DNA of 63,727 nt, counting the filler, from Octopus bimaculoides (Eukaryota): NCBI RefSeq assembly GCF_001194135.2. It is 5 parts of 4 records of this genome, joined end to end, with 100 filler letters (N's around TTAATTAATTAA, not from the genome) between each part and the next. Parts side by side here need not be neighbours in the genome. Positions count along the whole stretch, not along the records: positions 1 to 17,947 come from NC_068982.1; 4 more parts are not named here. One strand, written 5' to 3'. A program made the translations under genes and the position numbers. This document shows positions 1-11,669 of this stretch, in pieces; the first letter of the stretch is position 1, and each line of letters begins with the position of its first letter. The notes under the pieces were generated by a model. The model was not told the origin of the DNA. It was given only the letters and a program-made list of their open reading frames with translations, and made no database searches.

Positions 1-338
1 ATACTGGTGTATAAATTAATCACGTCAAATGAGACCATGATTGTTTCTTCCTTGACTTCCTTTGGGAGGTGATTTAGCATATCCAAGTCATCTCTGATAT
101 AGCTATTTATGTGTTTAAGGAAGGGTTTTAGGAGGATGTCCATAAATAGACTTAGTCTGTGTGTTTCACAGGCTGGGCCAGCTATGATGGGTCGCAGTTT
201 TAGATCCCCCGGGTTTGGTGTATGTATGTATGTCTTTGATGATTTTTTGATGGTTTCATTTATGATCTGGCTTTTGTGTATTTTTGGCAGACCATAGAAA
301 AGGCTGGGCTTGCATTTGAAGTTTGTTAGAAAATCAAT
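1..338 (-). mobile_element. Penelope-like retroelement, reverse transcriptase N-terminal part (runs off the window start)
   Basis: Manual translation of the minus strand, 338 to 3, is stop-free: IDFLTNFKCKPSLFYGLPKIHKSQIINETIKKSSKTYIHTPNPGDLKLRPIIAGPACETHRLSLFMDILLKPFLKHINSYIRDDLDMLNHLPKEVKEETIMVSFDVINLYTS. It contains the PLE RT motifs FYGLPKIHK, LRPII, SYIRD and VSFDV.NLYTS. Abuts a SINE at 340. Confidence 0.93.
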
Positions 339-339
339 A

Positions 340-678
340 GTGAAGGCACATGGCTCAGTGGTTAGAGCATTGAGTTTATGATCGTGAGGTCGTGAGTTCG
401 ATTCCCAGAGCAAGCTGTGTGTTGTGTTCTTGAGCAAGACTCTTTATTTCACATTGCTCCAGTTCACTCTGCTGTAGAAATGAGTTGCAACATCACTGGT
501 GCTAAGCTGTATCGGCCCCTTTGCCTTTCCCTTGGATAACATCAGTGGTGTAGAGACGGGAGGCTGGTATGCATGGGCAACTGCTGGCCTTCCATAAACA
601 ACCTTGCCTGGACTTGTGCCTCAAAGGGTAACTTTCCAAGTGCAATCCCATGGTCAGTCATGACCGAAGGGGGGTCTC
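340..678 (+). mobile_element. tRNA-derived SINE, family A (full length)
   Basis: A box (TGGCTCAGTGG) and B box (GTTCGATTCC); ends ATGACCGAAGGGGGGTCTC; homologous copies at 3562-3906 and 27626-27959. Confidence 0.9.
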
Positions 679-866
679 CTCCATATGTATATATTTTTAA
701 ACTTGGTTATACACCTGGTATTATGCCAACTAAAGCACTTTCATTGTCTACCTGATGTCATCAACATTATGGATATAAATGCCACTGGATCTCCCTCAGG
801 AATACCTCAGTGTCTGTCAAGTACATAACAAACAAGAGAAAGAGAAAATGGAATTCACAAGATTCT

Positions 867-992
867 TTAATAATCACAATGATCGTTTTGACCCATCTTC
901 CAGATGTGGCACATCGGGTGGCTTTCAAATGTCACATCATGAGACACATCTGCACAAAAGGATTTACCACAACCAGTTGTACAGTATCTCAC
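867..992 (-). CDS. Candidate terminal coding exon of an unidentified gene (Cys/His-rich)
   Basis: Acceptor ttatcttgcattggtcccttgcag at 993 and above, then 41 open codons to TAA: VRYCTTGCGKSFCADVSHDVTFESHPMCHIWKMGQNDHCDY*. The other two phases hit early stops. No family recognised. Confidence 0.35.
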   Translation of the reverse strand: MRYCTTGCGKSFCADVSHDVTFESHPMCHIWKMGQNDHCDY

Positions 993-1174
993 CTGCAAGG
1001 GACCAATGCAAGATAAGTCAAAATGATTATTGTGATTAGTACAGAATCTGTCTCGTCAATTGGATTTTGTCCTTCTTTCATTTGTTTTATATATNNNNNN
1101 NNNNNNNNNNNNNNNNNNNNNNNNNNNNNNNNNNNNNNNNNNNNNNNNNNNNNNNNNNNNNNNNNNNNNNNNNN

Positions 1175-1211
<37 letters not shown>

Positions 1212-1221
<10 letters not shown>

Positions 1222-1551
1222 ATTTGTAATAATTATTCGGTTGCCATAATTAAAAGTCTGAGTTTCGGATGTGAGGGCAGAAATCTGCTCCGGCATCTCT
1301 TCAGTTATTAAGACAAGCAAAAATGTTATGAAAATGACCGTTAAACAAAGGGAAATTACTATGTAAATGACTATTATTAAGACAAACAAAAGAGCTATTA
1401 GAATGACTATTAAATAAAGGGAAAAAACCCGAGGGGAAGAAAGTAAAAACCGCTCAGTTTTATTATGGCAACTGAATAATTGTCACATATATTTATAGAT
1501 AAATTCCTCTATTTACATAATATCGAGGTCTTATTCTTTCTTTTGTTGTCT

Positions 1552-1560
<9 letters not shown>
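1212..1560. repeat. Unclassified interspersed repeat with an internal inverted segment and a partial hammerhead-like motif
   Basis: About 1225-1262 is an imperfect inverted copy of about 1454-1490. The minus strand 1304-1262 reads CTGAAGA-GATG..CATC-C-GAAAC, but stems I and III do not close. Confidence 0.45.
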
Positions 1561-1588
<28 letters not shown>

Positions 1589-2449
1589 CAGAATGTGGTG
1601 AATAAATTGTCGTCTACATTACACAAAAATGAAAATAACACTGACATCTCATTTTAACAGATATATTTACCAAAATTACATAAAAATATCTTGAAATACT
1701 AAAGAGTAAATTTATTCAATAAAATTGCCATTAGCTTCAATCACAGGAATCTCCTGCAGCTCTTCTGGACTGTCTCCTTGTGTAAGTTGGTGAATGCTGC
1801 CATAATCCTTGCCATTAGTTCATCTATGGTGTTACAAGGAGTTTTGTTGGTTTCTCAAATAACTGTACCCCATACATAATAATCAAGGAGGTTGCAGTTT
1901 GGGGAGTTAGGTGGCTAGATGTTAGAGGTGATGTGGTTGCAGAAATTGTCTGACAACCATGACTGGGATCTTCTGTTTGTGTGGCATGGTGCAGAGTCCT
2001 GTTGCCAAACAAAGGGTCTTCCAGCAGCCACCCTCTTGACCCAGAGTAGCACTGCCTCCTCCAGGCACTTTATGTAGGCCTCTATGTTGAGTCTGAGGCT
2101 GTGTGGAAAGATGAATGGAGGCATAACGTTGCCATCACTAGTGATTACTCCAAACACCATGATGTTGACTGGATGCTTGATTTTTATCACTCTCAGCACG
2201 TCCTCAGATTGCACTGTCCTCAGATTGACGCACACAAATCTGAAATATTTGTATTGGAACTTCTGGTGCAAATGCCAAGCAGTACAACATTTCGTCTCCA
2301 AATTTCTGACAGAATGAATTGTGTCATGGTGATGTTTTTCTCACAGATAATGCCCAACTGACCCTACTATACTGTGTAGTCAACAAAAAAAACAAACAAT
2401 GTGCGAAATTAAAAGTATAAAATGGTGATAATTTACCCATCACACCCTG
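1589..2449 (-). mobile_element. Internally deleted Tc1/mariner transposon of the maT (DD37D) type
   Basis: Translation KHPVNIMVFGVITSDGNVMPPFIF...WQQDSAPCHT...*PPNSPNCNLLDYYVWG has 37 residues between the second and third catalytic D. Degenerate TIRs (CAGAATGTGGTGAATAAATTGTC vs CAGGGTGTGATGGGTAAATTATC) with TA at both ends. The region encoding the first catalytic D is deleted and a W codon has become TAG. Confidence 0.9.
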
Positions 2450-2555
2450 TATACAGACATGTACACACATGCATGCACACACACATACAGTTATATATTT
2501 ACATACACACACATGTATATATACACACATATATACATATATAGACACACATAGC

Positions 2556-2589
<34 letters not shown>

Positions 2590-3481
2590 CATATACACAC
2601 ATGCACACACATGCATATACATACATATATATATAGAGAGAAATAGACAGATATTTGGGTAGATAACTACCTACTTTGTAACTCCCTCAAAACATTTCAT
2701 TAACTGAAAAAGTCTTAACTAATTGGACATTTCTTAGACAATTTTCTAATTTATGACAATTTCTTAGCCATAAGTTATTCATTAAAATTTATCAAAAATG
2801 AACCATTAGTAATTATCTGTCCAATTTTCTTCATAATCAGGATATCAACACAAAACCTACAGAACTCCATAAATATAACCCTCTCTTAGTGCTTTCCTAG
2901 TTCTTACTCTGCAAATAGAGTCTCCAATTCTCAACAAAAGATTAATCTGATCTTTTAATTCAAAGCAATTTTGAATTATTGATAAAGAAGTAAATTTCTG
3001 ATTGGTTTATAATGAGTTATCAGATCAATGAAAATAAAATGTAGAAGTAATAATATTAAATGCTGCAGTTGAAATAGTTTTTTTTTTTTTTTAATATTTT
3101 TCTTTTAATTTAGTGAAGATAAAGTAACGTAAATGAAAATGGGAAATTTTGCTGTTGTATAAAGATTATTAATGTAGAGATAAGCAGTTAGTTTTGACAA
3201 ATCATATTAATGATATTTTTGTTTTTTTGCATTGGCACGAAGCCAAAAATTTGAAAAGCTGTGGTATATTTGACTAAATCAAATTCCTCTGCATCACTGG
3301 CAATGTTTTCCCAATAATCCAGGGAAGCTAAAAGATAAGGTTGATTTCACCAAAACTAGATTTCAGTACAAAACTAACAACCAACGGTCATTTTCATAAC
3401 ATTTTTGTTGTCAGAAGTATTGTGGTGTGGTGGTAAATTCTCTGAAAAATATTCTTTATGGAAGATAACTAAATGCTAAGT

Positions 3482-3906
3482 CAGTGTTTCCCAACACTTT
3501 TATTTAAATGAGTTTTCCCACTGACCCCTTTTGATATGCATATCCCTATGTATAGGAAGAGGAGACCCCTTTCGGTCATGAATGACCATGGGATTGCACT
3601 TGGAAAGTTACCCTCCAAGGCACAAGTCCAGGCAAGGTTGTTTATGGAAGGCCAACAGTCGCTTATGCATACCAGCCTCCCTTCTCCACACCACTGATGT
3701 TATCCAAGGGAAAGGCAAAGGGGAGGAGTGCCGATACAGCTTGGCACAAGTGATGTCGCAACCCATTTCTACAGCTGAGCTAACTGGAGCAATGTGAAAT
3801 AAAGTGTCTTGCTCAAGAACACAACAGGCAGCCTGCTCCGGGAATCGAACTCACAACCTCACGAGCATAAGCTCGATGCTCTAACCACTGAACCATGTGC
3901 CTTCAC

Positions 3907-3944
<38 letters not shown>

Positions 3945-4023
3945 TTTGAATTTAGTTTATGGGCGCCCAGTACTACCTTTGCAGACCACCAGGGGTCCAT
4001 GGCCCCCAGATTGGGAACCACTG
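3482..4023. mobile_element. hAT (Charlie-like) MITE interrupted by a SINE
   Basis: Ends CAGTGTTTCCCAA ... TTGGGAACCACTG; 8-bp flanks TGCTAAGT / CACTAAGT (6/8 identical, central TA). Confidence 0.65.
3562..3906 (-). mobile_element. tRNA-derived SINE, family A (full length), nested in the hAT MITE
   Basis: Reverse-complement homologue of 340-678, including the A/B-box head and GAAAGGGGTCTC end. Confidence 0.9.
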
Positions 4024-4337
4024 CACTAAGTTATTGGGGCTTTCTTTATTGAATACATATTTTTTTATGAGAGCATATGACCTGGTGGTTAGGGTGATCA
4101 CAAGATTAGGGATTTCCATTCCTGACCCAGGTGGTGCAGTGCATTCCTGAGCAATGCAGTACCTGGTTTGCCATCACTTCAGTATCTGACATAATGTACA
4201 CTGTGCTCCTGTTCAGGAAACATTGATTTGATGGAAGGAGTGAGCGAAAGAACAGCACGGGAGGACAAAAGCAATGGGGTATGAGGTGTTGGCATACTTG
4301 TAGCTGATGCTTAATGGTGATGATGGTGGTGATGGTG

Positions 4338-4375
<38 letters not shown>

Positions 4376-4390
4376 TATTATTATTATTAT

Positions 4391-4714
4391 AATTGCCTTT
4401 GTACAGATTCTAATGCTGGAGATGTACCATGGTTTCAGTTGTTCACTACCACTGAGCTAAGGTAACACCTCTTATTTCTCGAGCACCTTCCCGAGTATTC
4501 AAGCTGTTCCAAGCAGTGCTGTTTTCTGCAAGTACTCCACCCTTATTGCATCCCCTATTTGTTTCACATACTTCTCGAGATTTTTACTCACTGTTCCCAG
4601 GGATCCAACAATTATTGGTATTACTGCTACCTTTTTCATCGACCACAACTGCTTAACTTCCCAAGCTAACCTGTCATATCTCTCAACTTTTCTTTTTTCC
4701 TTATCACATACCTC
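4391..4714 (-). mobile_element. 3' end of an R4/Dong-type non-LTR retrotransposon (restriction-like endonuclease C-terminus plus 3' UTR)
   Basis: EVCDKEKRKVERYDRLAWEVKQLWSMKKVAVIPIIVGSLGTVSKNLEKYV...LQKTALLGTA*ILGKVLEK* matches the K..KY..L..E....W......IPI..G.LG / LQK..LLGT..IL REL tail. Flanked on both sides by (ATT)n. Confidence 0.88.
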
Positions 4715-6373
4715 ATTATTATTATTATTATTATTTGTGATTGCTGCTTAGTAAGGAATTGCAGAATAAACTTTCTCAGACTATAAGAGATTACTATAAT
4801 ACATATTAATATTTTTGGTTATTGTACTTTTATTCATTTATTTTTTCTTTGAAAAATTACACTCTGAAAAAATCTTGAAGGTGGACTAAAATTTTCATTT
4901 GTGAAATGCTTCTTTTTTTTTCACCCTTGTTATCGATTATAATTAAAGACAAGAACAAAAAAAAATAATTCAGCAACATAAAAAGTTTTGCATCGTAAAA
5001 GGAAAGGGTGCAAGAATGGAAAACATTGAAATTTTAACATTTTTTTCCCAAAATCTTAATATGTTGTGTTTAAAACTGTTTGAAAAATGTCAAAAATTAA
5101 AAAGTTCAGAAAGGAGTGGAGAAATATTAGAAAATTAAAATCTGGAAATTTTTTTCTTGGAAAAATTTCTTTGGATTTTGATGTTGAAAAAGTCCAGAGA
5201 TTATCTCTGGAGTTTTCAAACATCAAAATCCAAAGAAATTTTCAAAAACTAATAAACGAAACTATTATGAGATTGCATAATGTGAAACACTATTTGTTTT
5301 TAAACTTTATAACTATTAGCTGAATCCTGCTGAATCAAAAGTGAATAAATCACAATAATCTACAAAAAGAAATCCATTAAAACAAAATATTTGAGTGTTG
5401 AATAAATAATCCACATATCAGAAATAACAGCAAAATCGAAACTCTGACTAGTAATATAGAAGTCTGTTTTCTTAATTATATTAGCTTGCTGACATCATTT
5501 CATTAAAACTAAATTTTTCTGATTGCTTGTTTTTATCAATATGAAAATAATGTCATCAAAGAATTAAATTAAAATTAAGGCAAAATAATGGCAGATTCTT
5601 GTCACAAGATGGTTTGTGGCAAAATATTTATTTGTTCATAGTAACAAAACCAATTTTCAGAAACCAATTTTTAACGCTTTTGGTACCAGCCTGCCTGAGG
5701 CCAGTAGAGATTCTTTTATACAAAAACTTTCCATATATAAATTAGAATTATATAAATTAAAACTTACATCATAGATTTATGTAAAAACCTTTTGTTATAT
5801 TCAAAACACAAGTTTAATAATGAAAATGTCAGTATACTAAATTCTTTATTATTTTCAAAATCAATTCCAACATACACACAACATATTTCAATAGAAAAAT
5901 GGCCACAAAATTTTTAATGCAATTGGAGGTATTAAGTTTATGCTTTTATTGAAAGTAAATAGAAAGTACATAACATATTACTACAACTTTCTATGGTACC
6001 TGAATTTATTTCAGAAATATTTGCTTAATTGATTTTATTTCCTTTGTAAAATCAAAAATTATTTTTATCGAATTCTTCGCATTCACGTATATCCACATAA
6101 TATGCTTATGGCGATGAAATATTTTAAGAGTTAAATGATCAATATTTTCTAATATTTTCCTATTCAAAATACATATTGCATTTTCTTCTGGATTTTCTTA
6201 AATACAAATGTGTCCAGAAATATGTTTGATAATGAAAAATTCGAATAAAAAGTATAAATTTCACTGCATTATCAAGTTTGTTTATTTTACTTGTTTCAAG
6301 ATGTTAGAAACATCTAATATTTTCTTTTAAGGATTTAGGTACAGGAGTAATCAAAATTCAAGGAGTGGCACTA

Positions 6374-6539
6374 GGCACAGGAGTGGCTGTGTGATAAGTA
6401 GCTTGCTTACCAACCACATGGTTCCGGGTTCAGTCCCACTGTGTGGCACCTTGGGCAAGTGTCTTCTACTATAACCTTGGGCTGACCAAAACCTTGTGAG
6501 TGAATTTGGTAGACGAAAACTGAAAGAAGCCCATCGTAA
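6374..6539 (+). mobile_element. tRNA-derived SINE, family B (5' half)
   Basis: GGCACAGGAGTGGCTGTGTG...GGTTCAGTCCCACTG...GAAACTGAAAGAAGCCC; many copies in the window. Confidence 0.88.
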
Positions 6540-6612
6540 TAAATTGAAACCCAAAGGGATCAATCAGGGTCTGTGGTATGGCACACTACACAAATCTATA
6601 CTTCTTTTGGAA

Positions 6613-6804
6613 AAGGCAGCAAGCTGCCAGAATCGTTAGCACATCAGGTGAAATGCTTAGCAGTATTTCGTCTGTCTTTACGTTCTGAGTTCAAATTCCG
6701 TTCATGATCAATAAATTAAGTACCAGTTGCGTACTGGGGTCGAGCTAATCGACTGGCCCCCCTCCCCCAAAATTTCAGACCTTGTGCCTAGAGTAGAAAA
6801 GAAT
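6613..6804 (+). mobile_element. tRNA-derived SINE, family C
   Basis: GGCAGCAAGCTGCCAGAATCGTTAGC...GAGTTCAAATTCC...TAAGTACCAGTTGCGTACTGGGGTCGA...GTGCCTAGAGTAGAAAAGAAT; the central CCTTTCATCC segment is deleted in this copy. Confidence 0.85.
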
Positions 6805-6937
6805 ATTTCTTTTGAAATAGCTTTAATGCAATTTGCTAGCATAGCAGTCCCGTCAGTGATAGATATAATAAAGATTTAAGTCTGGATTTACACAGAAGGG
6901 TTATATGTCTCAATTCAACAACTGAGATAAATGCTAG

Positions 6938-7066
6938 TGAAGGTAATATAGTCTAGTAGTTAGAGATACTTAACTCCTGATCCTAGGTTCAAGTACTGGA
7001 ATGGGTGATATGTTTTCTTTTTAAGCAAGGCCCTTTGTTTCATGTTGCCTCAGTTTATTCAGCTAT
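6938..7066 (+). mobile_element. Old, degraded SINE head (family A-like)
   Basis: GTGAAGG...TAGTAGTTAGAG...GGTTCAAGTACTGG...AAGCAAGGCCCTTTGTTTCATGTTGCCTCAG resembles the family A 5' part. Confidence 0.5.
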
Positions 7067-9894
7067 AATGCTTACTTCTGAATGACTGCTGGCTGGACTT
7101 TACATTTGCTAAAATTCTGCTCAGCTATATTGTATATTATTCATAGAATGTGTCATACTGGAGCAAAAAATTATTTTCTCAACTATTTGTATAACAAATA
7201 GAATCAATACTGGTAGAGTATAACACACACACATACACACACACACATACATATATGTATGTATATGTGTGTGTATATATGTATGTATATGTGTGTGTAT
7301 GTATATATATGTGGAGATATATGAAGAATGAGTAATAAAAACTGGGTTACAGTCATGATAGTCCTGCATTTGAAACCTCACTGTTCATGATACATACTAA
7401 GACATATGTGTATATGATAGTATAGATCCACTTTAAAACTTGTTGTCCACATTGGTACAAATGTAGAAGTGAGGTAGTCAGTGGCCAGAGTATTGGAATA
7501 CCTGCACAATGTTTAACAAATCAAATCTGCAGCTGGCAATAGAATATGTTTTTGTGTAAAACCTCGTATTGTACATTTAATTCAGTTCATGGAACTTTGA
7601 GAAAACGGTTCTAGGTTTCTTGGAAATATTACAAGATATAATGGCATCTCCATCTTCGTTTCATGAAACTGAAGCAAAGTATTGATTTGGATGCCCTTTC
7701 CTTTATCTGTTGCTCCCTCGTTCCTATGCCTTAGAGACGGAAATATAAGAGTTAAACACAGTTGCATAGAATCATTCAAATGTTGAAATTTTAACAATCA
7801 TCCATCCTATACAATAAATCAGGTGTAAACTGATAAGATATCTACCTCAGAAGTGAATGATTATCATAAGAACAAGAATCCTTATATGAGAACATTTTTT
7901 TATATATTTCTATTCAGAAAATGTTAAATTCACCCAAGCATGAATGCACAGATTGTTAATGCATTCTGAAATACAAGTTACCAGTTGACTAACCACCCCC
8001 TTGGTAGCTATTAATAATGATAAATATAAAAATGAAAAACTTACACACAAAAGCAATTTACATTCAAGTGTTTGTTTTAAAAACTTTTTGTAAGGAAAAT
8101 TAATAATTTATTGTTATATTACCAAATCTGAAACCATTATAATTTATTATATTACTACTTGGGAAACCAACCAATAGGTGTGTCTATAATTGAGATATAG
8201 GAGAAGAGATAGTTGCCATATTAATTCCTTCCCTGTAAACCAACTCTTACTCAACAATTCTGTTTGTTCAATGAAAGGAAACTAATTTTGCAGAGAATAA
8301 TTTGGTTCAAGTGAAAAATGTTGATTATCCATTATTCAAAAGTTCTCTGCTCATTTCAACATTTTCTGTTTTTCTGTCATTTCCTTACTATTCACACTTC
8401 TAAATTCCCACAGCCTGAAGATGTCAACGTATTTGTGTGTACGTGTGCCTTTTAGCACCAACACATATACACATACATACATTTCAGTCAAATGTTGGTT
8501 TGTAGTGGTAGCCTTCATATCTGTGACTAACAGCATAAAGAAATGCTATTATTTGTATTTAGTACCAATATTTGTCTTTTTACCTAAAACTTATTTCCAG
8601 ACATTTCCTCCACTGACACTCAGCTAACTTGTGACTATATCCAGTGATAGCTTTATTGCACATAAGCTATTTCTTCTCACAGATACTTCAAGTTAATTTT
8701 GTTATATTTTCTTTCACCTTCGGAATATCCAAATAAAATTGTATTTGCAGCAAATACAATTTGTCACGTCATTTAACAGAATTCTTTTGTGGAGATCAGT
8801 TTAAACCTAACAGCTTGTTGTGACTTTTATATTTGTTACAAGTTTCGTTGATATTTAAACGATTTTTCTTTTAATTATCAACAAACATAATTTTATCGGT
8901 TAGGTGTATGTGTGTGTTCGTGCACATGTGCATGTGTGCGCATGTGTATGAATGTGCTTATGTGTGTGTGTATATGTGCGATGTCTATATGTGTGTGTTT
9001 GTGTGTGTGAGTGAGTGTGTTGATGTTTATCTTTTTGCTAGCAAGGAACAGCTAAAGACATGTTTCTGCCTATTTGACTTCAACTTAGTATAGTCTATTC
9101 AAGTCTGTCTAATCATTTGATAACAATTTTCAGAGATCATGATTTTACCATTAATGTTTGAGGTATCTGAAAACACAAAAACACCAGGCAATGTGTTACA
9201 CTAGTTGTAGCCTACACAGACATGGTGGTACTTTGTAAACGTTTACACAATTGCAGTCATATTTGCACACACACACACACACACACACTATACATATATC
9301 TACACACATACATATATCTTTCAGGTTGGCCTGAAGCTACTGTGCAACTTGGAGCCATATACTTAACAACTGAACTTTTCAAACACACCCATGCATGTGT
9401 ATATGCATGTGTATATGCATGTGTATATGCATGTAATATGGTGTGTTATGTAAGAGAAAGATGGCCAGACATTGAGAGAGACAGAGAGAGGTTTTTGAGA
9501 AACAACTTTTCTTTTAAACATCTGCTCAATACACAGTTGTAATCTAGTTCTATTTTTCCTATCAGAATAATGTGATACGGTTGTGTGTTGCAACCAATCT
9601 ATAATAAACGGTGGAGTCAAGGTAATTGGTGCAGATATTAATACTAGATTTTGAATTTTGTCTGTTATATTTATACCTCATCAGTCAGGTGTTTAGATAA
9701 TTTAGGTTTTGGGTCAGTATAGGCTCAGGCTATGTCTAACTCAATAGCACCACCTGGGGAAGTCTTTTAGTCATATATGGGGCACCATGGCCCTCTCTAG
9801 CAAAGAGTTATTTCTCTTATTTGTGACAAAATTTTGTTGTGCTAAGAATATTGCCTCCATCATTAAAGCGTATGCGTGGAGGTTTGTAGAATAT

Positions 9895-10200
9895 AGATAA
9901 AACAGGGGACAACTGATGAAGGGAATGTTCTTTATGTTGCCTGTCTCATTTCTCTTTGTTTCTTTCGTTGTTCAAAAAAAGTTTGTTTTCTATGTTTTGC
10001 TTTTTATGTTCTCGTTTCTCATTCTGTCTATGTTTTTTTGATGTCCTGTACCTATATATGCATGTATATATACATATATATGTAGGTATGAACATAAATG
10101 TATGTATATATGCATATATTTATATATTATTTATATTATTATATGATCAAATGCCTCGCATCCATTTCCAAGTAAGTTTTATCTTAATAATTACAATGTG
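9895..10200. repeat. Interspersed repeat family F (copy 1)
   Basis: Colinear with 25025-25260 (GGGACAACTGANGAAGGG...TTTATGTTGC...GATGTCCTGTACC...TATATTATTTAT). Confidence 0.8.
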
Positions 10201-10407
10201 CACTCTTATTCTATCTCTATTCTTTCTATCTATCTCCCTCCCTTGTTCTTCCTTTCTGTTTTTCTCCCCCACCCTTTCCCTATTCTTCTCCTCTTCCCCT
10301 CACCATTCCTTCTCTCTTTCTCTTCCTTCTTGACTCTCTTGTTGCTCACATGTGACCAACGGTTATCCATCTTTCTTTCTTCCGCTTCCTGAAGACAAGA
10401 TGTGCTT

Positions 10408-10715
10408 TTACCTGTCTCTTCTCAAAGCAGACGAAATACCACTGAGCATTTCACCTGGGGTGCTAACGATTCTACCAACTGCCGCCTTAGGGTAAATAAA
10501 TATTCTTTTCTTCTCTAGGCACAAAGCCCCAAATTTTGGGGGAGGGGACCAGTCGATTAGATCAACCCCAGTACACAACTGGTACTTAATTTATCAACCC
10601 CCAAAAGGATGAAAGGCAAAGTCAACCTTGGTAGAATTTGAACTCGGAACGTAACAGCAGACGAAATACCACTAAGCATTTCACCTGGTGTGCTAACGAT
10701 TCTGCCACCTTGCAA
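10408..10715 (-). mobile_element. Two adjacent family C SINE pieces
   Basis: Reverse complement of the family C head at about 10408-10490 and a near-full copy at about 10505-10715. Confidence 0.85.
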
Positions 10716-10767
10716 TGATGGATAATAACACCCAATAGTTTGATTGGTCACATGATATGTGTGCACA

Positions 10768-10808
<41 letters not shown>

Positions 10809-11077
10809 CACTGGTTTATTAAGAGATTTTGTCTTAGGTGTATACCTAAATATGTGAGCATGCATATTCATAAATTTGAGTTTTCCTTTGTGCAAACACT
10901 TTCAATTCATGTCTTACAGTAGCTGGACTCTCCTCTCACACATTTGGCAAGTGTTTATATGGTGTCATAGAATAATGATTATACAGTGTTGTCTCTAAGG
11001 TGTCACAGTCTTATTTCATTGTGGTGGGTCAATAGTTTTGGGTAGCGATAACAATATATTATGCAAAAGTGTGTGTA

Positions 11078-11420
11078 TGTAGATGTGTGTGTGTGTATGT
11101 GTGTGTGTGTGTGCATGCCTGTATGTGTGGGTATATGTGTATGCACGTGTGCATATATGTGTAGGTGTGTATGTGTATGTGTTTATGTATGTGTGCATGT
11201 GTGTGTGTATGTGTGCATATGTGTGTGTATATGTGTGTGCATGTGTGTATATATGTGTAGGTGTGTATGTATGTGTATATGTGTATGTGTTTGTGTGTGT
11301 GTGCATACATGGATGCATGTGTGTATGTGTGTAGATGCATGCATATGTGTATGTATGTATATATATGTGTGGATGTGCATGTGTATATGTGTGTGTGTGT
11401 GTGTGCGTGCGTGTGCGCAA
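11078..11420. repeat. Compound (GT)/(AT) low-complexity microsatellite
   Basis: Degenerate GTGT/GTAT/GCAT repeats; the source of several spurious ORFs. Confidence 0.95.
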
Positions 11421-11669
11421 TTGCACGTGCATGTGTATAGCAAGCAGAAGAGTTTTCGATTGTCGATATGAAAGTAACAACAGCCTATTTTCTGTGGCCA
11501 GTGGAAGCACACTTTCAGTTTCTCTTGTTATATCCAGCAAGTTGTACAAAACGCCCGATGCCAAACATGACTTATACGACACAAAGTGCTTCCCTTCGTT
11601 GTAGGGCAGCAATGCTAATGAGCAGCATATTGGCTGGTTGTGCCATCATATCTATTTTCTTTTATCTTC

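Noticed and set aside
340-420. tRNA-like A and B boxes
   Set aside because: Heads of multi-copy SINEs; no complete cloverleaf, so not called as tRNA genes.
1262-1304. CTGAAGA...GAAAC on the minus strand with a long stem II
   Set aside because: No NUH triplet with matching stems I and III could be formed; kept only as a repeat note.
7076-7124. Minus-strand 49-nt exon candidate with a GAA|GTAAGC donor (similar weak candidates near 9165, 26950-27065 and 58330-58470)
   Set aside because: Splice-like motifs are common in AT-rich DNA; the peptides are short, unrecognised and cannot be chained into a gene model.
9905-9945. GGACAA-CTGATGA-AGGG in family F (and CTGACGA-AGGG at about 25040)
   Set aside because: Neither copy has a downstream GAAA or closing stems, so a hammerhead is not supported.
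11016-11612. His/Thr- and Cys/Val-rich ORFs (also 41.1-43.7 kb)
   Set aside because: Translations of (CA)/(GT)/(TA) microsatellites, not metal-binding proteins.
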